64,000 bases of DNA from Eledone cirrhosa (GCA_964016885.1 OZ024744.1:19964001-20028000), one strand, 5' to 3'. Shown: positions 1 through 10,527, counted from the stretch's first letter. Translations and numbers: made by a program. Notes: generated from the letters alone by a model not told the origin.

Positions 1-406
1 ACTACACTACACCACACCACACTAGACCACACCACACTACACAGCACTACACTACACCACACTACACTACACTACACCACACCACACTACACTTACCACC
101 CTACACTACACCACATTGCACTACACCACACTACACCACACTACACCACCCTAAACCACACCACACTACACCACACCACACTACACCACACTACACCACA
201 CCACGCTACACTACACCACACCACGCTAGACTACACTACACCACAGCACATCACTCTACACTACGCTACACCACGCTACACCACACTACACCACGACACA
301 CTACACCACACCACACTACATCTCACCGCACTTAAGCACACTACACCACACTACACTATACCACAAAATACCACACTACACTACACCACACTAAACCACA
401 CTACAC
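1..406. repeat. Degenerate pentanucleotide satellite (CACTA/CACCA)n, runs off the left edge of the window
   Basis: Continuous 5-bp periodicity ACACT/ACACC with scattered single-base variants; + strand almost devoid of G. Confidence 0.97.
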
Positions 407-868
407 TTAAGGCTGTACACGGATATGGTGTGGCCCACTCTTAGAATATGTATCACCAGTCTGAACCCCTATCTTGCTCAGAACATTGACCGCCTGGAAA
501 CTGTTCAGAGAAGTGCAACCAAGCGAATACCCTCCATCAGGCACCTACCATACTCTGAACGCCTTGCTTCTCTGGGCATATACATTAAAGTTCTAACGTC
601 TGGCAACTGACTTGGTAAACACCCATAAATTGTAAACCATCTTGCCAAAAGCAACCCTGAGCACCTTTTTGATTTCCATGTCTCTAACACACGTGAACAT
701 GCCCAGAAAATCAGAAAACAGCACAGCTCCCATGAATTTCGGAAACATTTTTTAACGCTCAGAGTTGCTGAAGCATGGAACAAACTACCTGCATCAGTTG
801 TTAGCTGTCGAGACACTGCGTCCTTTAAAACCTCCATGCTTCCCGAGCCTCGCCAACACTACACCTAA
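407..868 (+). pseudogene. Frameshifted remnant of the ORF2 C-terminus
   Basis: Encodes NPYLAQNIDRLETVQRSATKRIPSIRHLPYSERLASLG, nearly the same as the intact ORF2, but has 1-bp indels (e.g. CTGAACCCC vs CTGGAACCCC). Homologous stop TAA at 866-868. Confidence 0.9.
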
Positions 869-973
869 CATTCCACGTCCATACACATACACACATGTAT
901 ATCATGAATCATATACTATTCACTTCCATGACATTTGTATATTATTCTATGTACTATATATGTACCTTTGACG

Positions 974-1001
974 AGTTGTAGTGCACCTGAGCCCTACAAC
1001 T
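974..1001 (+). promoter_or_regulatory. 3' UTR stem-loop of the truncated LINE copy (putative ORF2p recognition signal)
   Basis: AGTTGTAG (974-981) is the exact reverse complement of CTACAACT (994-1001); an inner GC/GC pair closes the loop ACCTGA. It lies just before the tail, as in stringent L2/CR1-type LINEs. Confidence 0.65.
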
Positions 1002-1021
1002 AATAATAATTTCATTATTAT

Positions 1022-4000
1022 CACACTACACCACACTACACCATACCACACCCCACAACACTACACAACATCACATTACAACACAGCACACTACAGCACA
1101 GCACACTACACCATAGCACAGCACACAACAGCATACCGCAGCACACTACACCTCAGCGCACTACACTACACCACAGCAAAGCACAGCACACTAAACTACA
1201 CCGCACCACACCACAGTACACCACATCACAGCACAGCACAGCACAGCACACCGAGGCACACCACTCTACACCACACCACACTACAATACACCACACTACA
1301 CTACACCACACCGCACCACACTACACCACACTACACCACACTACACCACACGACACTCACCAAGCCACACTACAGTACACACCACATTATACCACAGTAC
1401 ACCACACTACATCACACTACACCACACATCATCACACTACATGACACCACACTACACCACACTATACTACACTCCACTATACTACACTACACCACACCAC
1501 AACTCACTACACCACACTACACTACACCACACTACACCACACTACAGCACACCACACCACACTACACCACACCACATTACGCCACACATGAATACACCGC
1601 ACCACACTACACCACTACACTACACTATACTACAACACACGACACTACACCGCCCTACACGACCCTACACCACACTACACCACATTACACCACACCGCAC
1701 TACACTACACTACACTACACTACACTACACTACACTACACTACACTACACTACACTACACTACACTACACTACACCACACTACACCACACCACAATACGC
1801 TACACCACACTACACCACACTTCACCACACTACACTTCACCACACCACACCACACTACACCACACCAACCCACCACACACACTACATCACACCACACTAC
1901 ACCAACCCACCACACACACTACATCACACCACACTACACCACACAACACCACACTACACTAAACTACACTACACCGAATCACACACCACTACACCACACC
2001 ACACTACACTACACGACACCACACTACACCACACCATGCCACACCACACTACACCACACTACAGCACACTACACCCTACTACACCACACCATGCTAAAGC
2101 ACACTATACTACACTACACCATACTACAGCTTCCTAGATTACACGACACCACACTACACCACACCTCACTACACAACACCACACCACACTACACCAAATC
2201 ACACCACAATACACTACACCACACCACACTACATCACACCACACTGCACCACACTAAACTACACCACACCACACCACACGACGCAACACCACACTACACC
2301 ACAACACACTATACCACACTACACCACACTACAACACACCCTACACTACAGCACACTACACCCTACTACACCACACCATACTACAGCACACTATACTACA
2401 CTACAGCACATAACACCACACCACACTACATTGCACCACACCACACCACACCACACCACACTACACCACACCACACTACACACACCACACTACACCACAC
2501 CACACCCCTCACACTATACTACACCACACTAAACCACACCACACTGCTCTACACCACAATACACCGCACCACACTACACTACACCACACAGCACTGCACT
2601 ATACCACTCAACGATACACCACATTACACCACACTACACTACAGCACACCACACTACACCACACTACGCTACACCACACTACACTTCACTATACCAAACT
2701 ACACCACACCACACTACTCCATACCACATCGCACCACTCTACACCACACCACACTACACTGCAGTATATCACACTACACCAAAATACACCACACCACACT
2801 AAACTAAACTACACTACACTACACTAAACCAACCCACACTACATCACACTACACCACACATCGTCACACTACATGACACCACACTACACCACGCTACACT
2901 ACACTACACTATACTACACTACACCACACCGCACCACACTGCACCACACTACACTACACCACACTACACCACACTACAGCACACCACACCACACTACACC
3001 ACACCACATTACACCACACATGACTACACCGCACCACACTACAAAACTACACTACACTATACTACAACACACGCCACTACACCACCCTACACCACCCTAC
3101 ACCACACAACACAACACCACACCACTCCACTACACCACACTACACTACACAACCCTACACCATCCTACATCACACTACACCACACTACACCACACTACAC
3201 AACACTTCACCACACTACACTACCCTACACTACACAATAACAAACTACACCACACTTCACCACCCAACACTACACCACATCAGACTACGCTACACAACAC
3301 TACACCACACTTCACCACACTACAGCATACTACACCACACTACACCAAATCACACTACACTACACCACACAACACTACACTACACCACACTATACTAAAT
3401 TTCATCTCACTACACCACACTACACCACACTACACCACACTACATACATCCCACTACAACACACTACACTAGACCATACTACACCACACCACACCACACC
3501 ACACCACACTATACTACACCACACAAAACCAGACCACACTGCACTATACCACACTACACTACACCACACTACACTACACCATACTACACGACACTTCACC
3601 ACACTACACCACACTACACTACACCACACTACGCTACACCACACTACGCTACACCACACTACACTACACCATACTACACGACACTTCACCACACTACACC
3701 ACACTACACTACACCACACTACACCCCACCACACTACACCACACCATATTACACCACACTACACCACACTACACTACACGACAGCACATTATACCACACC
3801 ACGCTACACCACACTAAAACACACCACACCACACTACACCAAATCACACTACACTACACCACACAACACTACACTACACCACACTATACTAAATATCACC
3901 TCACTACACCACACTACACCACACTACACCACACTAGACCACACCGCACTACACTACACCACACTACACTACACTACACTACACTACACTACACTACACT

Positions 4001-5588
4001 ACACTACACTACACTACACTACACTACACTACACCACACCACACCACACCACACACCACACACACTACATCACACCACACTACACCACACAACACCACAC
4101 TACACAAAACTACACTACACCGAATCACACACCACTACACCACACTACACTACACGACACCAGACTACACCACACCATGCCACACCACACTACACCACAC
4201 TACAGCACACTACACCCTACTACACAACACCATACTACAGCACACTATACTACACTACACTATACTACAGCACCCTAGACTACACGACACCACACTACAC
4301 CACACCACACTACACAACACCACACCACACTACACCAAATCACACCACAATACACTACACCACGCCACACTACACCACACCACACTGTACCACACTAAAC
4401 TACACCACACAACAAAACACTACACTATACTACACCACACTAAACCAGACCACATTGCACTATACCACACTACTCTACACCACACTACACCAGACTACAT
4501 TACACCAAACTACACTACACCACACCACACTACACCACACCGCACTACACCACAATACACCACACTACACCACAGTACACCAAACTACACCACACCACAC
4601 CGCACGACGCAATACCACACTACACCACACCACACTATACCACACTACACCACACTACAACGCACCCTCCACTACAGCACACTACACCCTACTACATCAC
4701 ACCATACTACAGCACACTATACTACACTACAGCACACTCCACCACACCACACTACACACCACCACACCACATCACACCACACTACACTACACCACACCCC
4801 TCACACTATACTACACCACCCTAAACCACATCACACTGCACTACACCACAATACACCACACCACACTACACTACACTACACTACACCACATCACACTACA
4901 CCGAACTACACTGCACCACACCACACTACAACACACTACACCACACTACACCAAACTACAACACACTACACTACTCCACACCACATCGCACCACTCTACA
5001 CCACACCACACTCCACTACACCACACCGAACTACACCACGCTACACCATACTACACTACACTACACCACACCACACCACCCTGCACTACACTATACCACA
5101 CCATCCTACAGTACACCACACAACACCACACCACACTACACCACACCACATTGCACTACGCCACACACCACTACACCGCACCACACTACACCAGTCCACT
5201 ACACCACACTACACTACACAATCCTACACAACCCTACATCACACTACACCACACTACACCACAATACACAACACTTCACCACACTACACAACCCTACACT
5301 ACACAAGACCAAACTACACCACACTTCACCACCCAACACTACACCACATCACACTACGCTACACCACACTACACCAGACTTCACCACACTTCACCATACT
5401 ACACCACACTACACCAAATCACACTACACTACACTACACCACACAACACTATACTACACCACACTATACTAAATTTCACCTCACTACACCACACTACACC
5501 ACACTACACCACACTACATACATCACACTACAACACACTACAGTAGACCATACTACAGCACACCACAGCACACCACACCACACTATAC
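1022..5588. repeat. Degenerate (CACTA/CACCA)n satellite between the two LINE copies
   Basis: 5-bp periodicity; pure (ACACT)n runs near 1699-1772 and 3962-4033; internal duplication of about 2.1 kb (CCGAATCACACACC at 1974 and 4120). Confidence 0.97.
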
Positions 5589-5602
5589 CAAGTACAGAAG
5601 GA

Positions 5603-5611
5603 AAAATGGCG
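5603..5611 (+). promoter_or_regulatory. YY1-like motif (AAAATGGCG) in a putative internal Pol II promoter
   Basis: Matches the YY1 core AANATGGC and starts at about +15 of the inferred element, similar to the position of the YY1 site in human L1. Confidence 0.5.
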
Positions 5612-6309
5612 ACAAGGAAGGTCGCTTGACCACGTCTTGACCAAACAAAATATAATATTTTCACCAAAAACTGCCCTTTAAACACATGTCAGATGGATTA
5701 CAATATTCATTATTACAATTACTTTCACTGTTCCCTGACAACTAGTACCAGTTTCAAGATAGAATTATCTTAATGAAGTATATATAATTTGACTTGATTT
5801 TCGCCAACGAACCACGTGTGGACATGGACGGGGAAAAAAAGAAAAAAACAAAACAAATCGCTACATCCCTTAAGGATCGCAGTAAGTACTCCACAAAACA
5901 TATAAACAACAATATAACGCAGATTTATATACAGATACATACCATATGCATATACACACACGTGAAAAGAAACCACACTATTGCGTGTGAGACACTATAC
6001 CGGCCAATTTTACCAATTTACATTGGTAAAATATTTCTTAACATTGACTTCGCTTCTAACCCACATACACCTTTTAATTATATATATATACTAGCAGCTG
6101 AAAGTTAGTAATTTAAAAAAAAATATTATTGAAAGTTTACTATAAAGAAGCAGTATCATGGGAAAAAAACAAAACAAAAAAAACGTTATTCGCTGTTAAT
6201 AAACAACTGCCTTCTACAGTACGTTTCATTTAACTTACGCAGCATATTTATTTGTTTACATGCACAGACTCTTCTACACACACACAACATTTAGGAAAAC
6301 GGAAACAAA

Positions 6310-7623
6310 ATGCACAAAAAAAAACAGACATTTTATTTCTATCGTAATCAGTGCGGTAAACCTATATTGTTTACATTCTGTGTTTTTCTACGGATGGGTA
6401 GAAATAACAAAATTGCCATGGTGATATCCATCGATGAAATTTGCGACAAAACTGGTCGATGTCCAAATATAGAACATTGCCCGGAAGATCATACCTGCCA
6501 TATCTGTACGGAACCCGAAAACTCGTTCCGTAATCGTTGGGTCGAATGTGGAACCTGTCGCATCTCTGTCTGCCTTCAATGCGCCACAGGCTTCCGGAAG
6601 ATCCCAGGCCAAAATAAGAAACATCACATTGCTACGATGGATAGACTCTGGGAGATGGTCCAGTTAAGAAACTGGTCCTTTCAGTGCCTGGACTGTATTC
6701 CTGCTTCTCCCATTGCTGCGGAACAACAACAAAGACCGAAGATCGTGTCTTCTACCATTGTTCCTGAACAACAACAACAAAAACCGAGTATCGTGTCTTC
6801 CTCTACCATTGTCCCTGAACAACAGCAAAAACCAACGACCGTAGCTTCTGCTACTACCCCCGTTGAAGGACTTCATCAACAACAGCAACCCATGTCTTCC
6901 TCACCCGTTACTTTTCAACAACAACAACCGACGACTGTGTCTTCTACCATGCCTGTTGAAGGAGAAGAACAACAACAAAAACCGACCGTCAATACGGAGT
7001 TTGAGGAAATACGGCAAATGATTTCCGCTTTAAGTCAAGAAATAGCGGAAATAAAATCAAGCGTTCGTGTAGAACCCCACAATGAGGGATCTTACCGGAG
7101 TGCCTTGTTAAAAAATCTCCGCGTACCTCATGTTGAACCTAGACGCATTGAGAATGCCACTGAATCTGCAAACCACGAAGTAATTGCCATTGGTGTGCCG
7201 GAAGACATAGTTGATCTTCAGGCATTTGCTGCCAGTTGATCCAAAGACCTGGGCTGTGCTCCCGCAAAGGGTGCTCTACGCCTTGGCCGACCAGGCCCGA
7301 AACCCAGGTTAATTAGACTGTCGTTTTCAAACTCGGCTGAGGCACGTTCATACCTTGTAGCCTCTGATAAAGCTAGGCGTGAAAGTCGGATTGCTTTCCG
7401 AACAAGTCCTGGTCTTCCACCTGATGTCCGCCCAAAGTTGCGTGCTGCAGCTTCCCTAAACCGCAGCTCGGCAGAACATGAAAGCTTCAGCCTACGAGAT
7501 GATGGGCAGATATGGAAGTTTGTTAAGGCTGGCGAATCATGGAAAAGAGACACCAGCTGGTCTGAAAACAGTGTACCCACAACAACTGACAATAAAGAAA
7601 CTGAAAAAACTCTGGGAAACTAA
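6310..7623 (+). CDS. LINE ORF1 protein (PHD-like zinc finger, Q-rich repeats, coiled coil, L1-ORF1/Transposase_22-like RRM region) with one in-frame TGA at 7237-7239
   Basis: Track ORFs 6310..7239 and 7438..7623 are in the same frame and the gap translates without further stops (S*SKDLGCAPAKGALRLGRPGPKPRLIRLSF...). Motifs: CHIC..WVECGTC....CLQC..FQCLDC, FEEIRQMISALSQEIAEIK, VIAIGVPE, RLG....PRLIRLSF. The start may instead be the in-frame ATG at 6394. Confidence 0.85.
6721..6990 (+). repeat. Coding minisatellite in ORF1: about six degenerate repeats of EQQQ(K/R)P..VSS.T.VP
   Basis: Repeated GAACAACAACAA..ACCGA..ATCGTGTCTTC..CTACCATTGT.CCT units of roughly 40-60 bp that all preserve the frame. 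Confidence 0.8.
7614..7623 (+). promoter_or_regulatory. Putative -1 ribosomal frameshift slippery site G GGA AAC followed by the ORF1 stop TAA
   Basis: ORF1-frame codons CTG GGA AAC TAA give an X XXY YYZ heptamer at 7614-7620. The -1 frame is open from 7605 to 10442 and is ORF2. Confidence 0.65.
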
Positions 7624-7682
7624 ATCAGAACAACCTGCCATCCCCTGCACATAATCATAGACTGGAATCAAAGTACAAACTG

Positions 7683-10442
7683 TTGTCCTTGAATGCACGT
7701 AGTCTATGCAATAAGATTCATCTTTTTGACTCCTACGTCAAAAGTATCAACCCGGACTTCATTACAGTCACGGAAACTTGGGCACATCCCTTACTCTGTG
7801 ATGGGGTTTTCAGCATGACTGGCTACAACCTGTTTCGTAAAGACTGTATTAATCGTCGTGGTGGTGGTGTAATGGTCTACGTTCGGTCAAATCTGTCGGC
7901 AATTCCTTGTGCTGATTTGAACCAATCACAGCAGGAAGTTTTTTTCTGCGATATACGTATGACCATGTCAACACTGCTACTTGGAGTCGTTTACCGCCCC
8001 CCAAATTACCATCAGGACACTCAACTTTGTGATATCCTCAGAGCTGCTGCCAGGAAGACAGCCACTTATGTTTTCATTGCAGGTGACTTCAATCACCCTG
8101 AGATTGACTGGGAGACCTTTCGTTGGCCGCCAAGTGCAAATGACTTCCTTGAGCTGGTGCTGGACTCGAGTTGGTCCCAGGTGGTCACCTCCCCAACGAG
8201 AGGTGACAACACTTTGGACCTACTCTTCACCACTACTCCTGAAACGGTCATTAGTGTTACTGCTGAGGAACCTTTAGGTGATTCTGATCATGCTATGATC
8301 ATTGCCAATCTATCCCTCATGGGCAGTAACAAGAACCACAACCATCTCCAAACTGCTCACTTTGACTGGAATAAAGCAGACTGGAACTGTTACTGCACCG
8401 AGTTGCAACGGCCAAACTGGCTTGAGTTCTATGACTCTGGAGATGTCAACACTGTATTCCAGAACATCCTGAGCTCAATATGGACAGCATGTGCAGCATC
8501 GGTGCCACGTAAGCGGAAAAAACATCCTAAAAGCGCAATTTGGGTGACTGCAGCAGTCCGTCTTGCCAGAAAAGAACGGCGCAATGCTGAACGTGAGTAC
8601 AAACTTCACAAATCAGACATTAATAGGAAGAGGCGAAATAGATCGTCCAACCACCTCAAACAGGTGACAAAAAAGGCAGTGCTTCAATTTGAGCAGCGCA
8701 TAGCAACCAGCCCTGACGGTAAGGTGTTCTGGAAGTATGTTCACTCAAAGCAGAGGCCTCACCCTCCAGTTGGTCCTCTTCGCAATCCCCACACAAGCCA
8801 GGTTACTGACGACCCCAAGGAATGCGCAGAGCTCATTGCTGAATGCTATGCAGGCATTTTCACCATTGAAGACCAGAGTGTACCATCTCCACCACCTATG
8901 ACACCGGACTCTATTACAACCATGGAATTTACACCTGCAATGCTGCGACGTCACCTAAAAAATAAACGCAACCATGCCTCTCCTGGTCTTGATGGTGTTA
9001 CGTACCTGCTTCTTAAACGTGGTGGGTACTTCCTTCTACACCAGTTATCACGCTTCTTCCAATTCTGTCTGAACAACAGTGCTACTCCAGAACAGTGGAA
9101 AACTGCCAGTGTCATTCCTCTGTTCAAAAAGGGTGACCGCACATCACCTGTGAACTATCGTCCAGTCAGTCTTACTAGTTGCATCGCCAAACTGATGGAA
9201 TCCTGTGTCAGAGAAACACTTTGGAACTTCTGGAGCTCTCACAGTCTTATCCGGCCCTCGCAATTTGGATTTATCCCCAACTCAAGCTGCTGTGATCAAC
9301 TTACAGAGTTTCTTGAGGACATCACCCGGATCACTGATGGCGGCTCATGGGTGGATGTTGTTTACCTTGACTTTGCTAAGGCCTTCAATTCTGTGCCACA
9401 CAAAAGGCTTATGGCAAAACTCTCTGCAATGGGTGTGAAGGATGATCTTTTTAACTGGTTGAAGTCCTTCATTCTCAGTCGAAGAGAGTTAGTCACTGTT
9501 CTGGGACAGCATTCCTCACCATATGAGATGTCATCTGGTGTACCTCAGGGATCTGTTCTTGGCCCCCTTTTGTTTGTGGCATATATTAATGACATAGATG
9601 CCAACTTAAGGAATGCCACAGTACTAAAGTACGCAGACGACATCAAGCTGTACCTTGAGATAAAAAGGACAGATCCTGAACACTATAGATCTTGCTTGCA
9701 GTCTGACCTGGACACTATGCAACAGTGGATCTCAGACTGGCAACTCAAGCTAGCTGTGGACAAGTGCACCACCATGCATTTTGGGAGTAAAAACCCAGCG
9801 TCCACATACTCCCTCCACAGCACTAATATCAAGAAGTCTTCCTGTGAACGTGACCTGGGATTTACGGTCAGCAGCGATTTGCGTAGGACGAGGCACGTCT
9901 CTAAAATTGTCAAGAGGGCCGAGGGTGTCTTAGCATCACTCAGCAAGACCTTTGTCAGCCGCTCTCCAGATATCTATTTAAGGCTGTATACAGCTATGGT
10001 GCGACCACACTTAGAATTTGCATCACCAGTCTGGAACCCCTATCTTGCTCAGGACATTGACCGCCTGGAAACTGTTCAGAGACGTGCAACCAAGCGAATA
10101 CCCTCCATCAGGCATCTACCATACTCTGAGCGCCTTGCTTCCCTGGGCATGGATTCATTGAAGCTCCGACGCCTGGCAACTGACTTGGTAAACACCCACA
10201 AACTTGTTAACCATGTTGCCAACAACAACCCTGAGTGCCTTTTCGATTTCCATGTGTCTAACACACGTGGACATGCCCACAAAGTAAGAAAACAGCACAG
10301 TTCCCATGACTTTCGGAAACATTTTTTCACGCTCAGAGTTGCAGAAGCATGGAACAAACTACCTGCATCAGTTGTTAGCTGTCGAGACACTGCATCCTTT
10401 AAGGCCTCCATTCTTCCCGAGATCCGCCAACACTACAGCTAA
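7683..10442 (+). CDS. LINE ORF2 polyprotein: apurinic-like (APE) endonuclease plus reverse transcriptase, CR1 group
   Basis: Endonuclease motifs LSLNARSL, ITVTETW, GGGVMVYV, VVYRPP, IAGDFNHP, PTRGDNTLDLLF, SDHAMI. RT motifs SPGLDG, VIPLFKKG, NYRPVSLTS, QFGF, YLDFAKAF, GVPQGSVLGPLLF, YADD (9630-9641), ERDLG. CR1-like C-terminus VRPHLEFASPVWNPY, LETVQRRATK, LPYSERL, TRGH, FFTLRV..AWNKLP. The track start is a TTG; the frame is open from 7605 and the first ATG is at 7815. Confidence 0.97.
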   Translation: MSLNARSLCNKIHLFDSYVKSINPDFITVTETWAHPLLCDGVFSMTGYNLFRKDCINRRGGGVMVYVRSNLSAIPCADLNQSQQEVFFCDIRMTMSTLLLGVVYRPPNYHQDTQLCDILRAAARKTATYVFIAGDFNHPEIDWETFRWPPSANDFLELVLDSSWSQVVTSPTRGDNTLDLLFTTTPETVISVTAEEPLGDSDHAMIIANLSLMGSNKNHNHLQTAHFDWNKADWNCYCTELQRPNWLEFYDSGDVNTVFQNILSSIWTACAASVPRKRKKHPKSAIWVTAAVRLARKERRNAEREYKLHKSDINRKRRNRSSNHLKQVTKKAVLQFEQRIATSPDGKVFWKYVHSKQRPHPPVGPLRNPHTSQVTDDPKECAELIAECYAGIFTIEDQSVPSPPPMTPDSITTMEFTPAMLRRHLKNKRNHASPGLDGVTYLLLKRGGYFLLHQLSRFFQFCLNNSATPEQWKTASVIPLFKKGDRTSPVNYRPVSLTSCIAKLMESCVRETLWNFWSSHSLIRPSQFGFIPNSSCCDQLTEFLEDITRITDGGSWVDVVYLDFAKAFNSVPHKRLMAKLSAMGVKDDLFNWLKSFILSRRELVTVLGQHSSPYEMSSGVPQGSVLGPLLFVAYINDIDANLRNATVLKYADDIKLYLEIKRTDPEHYRSCLQSDLDTMQQWISDWQLKLAVDKCTTMHFGSKNPASTYSLHSTNIKKSSCERDLGFTVSSDLRRTRHVSKIVKRAEGVLASLSKTFVSRSPDIYLRLYTAMVRPHLEFASPVWNPYLAQDIDRLETVQRRATKRIPSIRHLPYSERLASLGMDSLKLRRLATDLVNTHKLVNHVANNNPECLFDFHVSNTRGHAHKVRKQHSSHDFRKHFFTLRVAEAWNKLPASVVSCRDTASFKASILPEIRQHYS

Positions 10443-10503
10443 CACATACACACATGTACTTCCCTGGCATTTGTGTATTATTCTATGTACTATATTGACG
10501 AGT

Positions 10504-10527
10504 TGTAGTGCACCTGAGCACTTTACA
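10504..10527 (+). promoter_or_regulatory. 3' UTR stem-loop of the full-length LINE
   Basis: TGTAGTGC-ACCTGA-GCAC(TT)TACA forms an 8-bp stem with a 2-nt bulge and has the same ACCTGA loop as the truncated copy. Confidence 0.6.

Larger units (their letters stand above)
407..1021 (+). mobile_element. 5'-truncated, decayed CR1-group LINE copy (3' end of ORF2, 3' UTR and short ATT tail)
   Basis: Aligns by eye to 9978-10545 of the full-length element (TTAAGGCTGTA...TTGACGAGTTGTAGTGCACCTGAGC...AATAATTTCATTATTAT) with substitutions and small indels. 5' truncation is typical of target-primed reverse transcription. Confidence 0.95.

Noticed and set aside
397-1031. 10-bp target-site duplication CACACTACAC around the truncated LINE (397-406 and 1022-1031)
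   Set aside because: Compatible with a TSD, but this 10-mer occurs throughout the satellite, so it carries no evidential weight.
5494-6108. Short ORFs in the LINE 5' UTR (5494..5685, 5770..5976, 5794..6108)
   Set aside because: AT-rich low-complexity translations with no recognisable motif.
7237-7239. TGA as evidence for an alternative genetic code or selenocysteine
   Set aside because: ORF2 has over 900 codons with no in-frame TGA and uses TGG for Trp. The position is not a Cys-type site and I saw no SECIS-like element.
7604-7610. Second slippery-like heptamer AAAAAAC in the ORF1/ORF2 overlap
   Set aside because: Not phased as X XXY YYZ in the ORF1 frame (codons GAA AAA ACT), unlike G GGA AAC.
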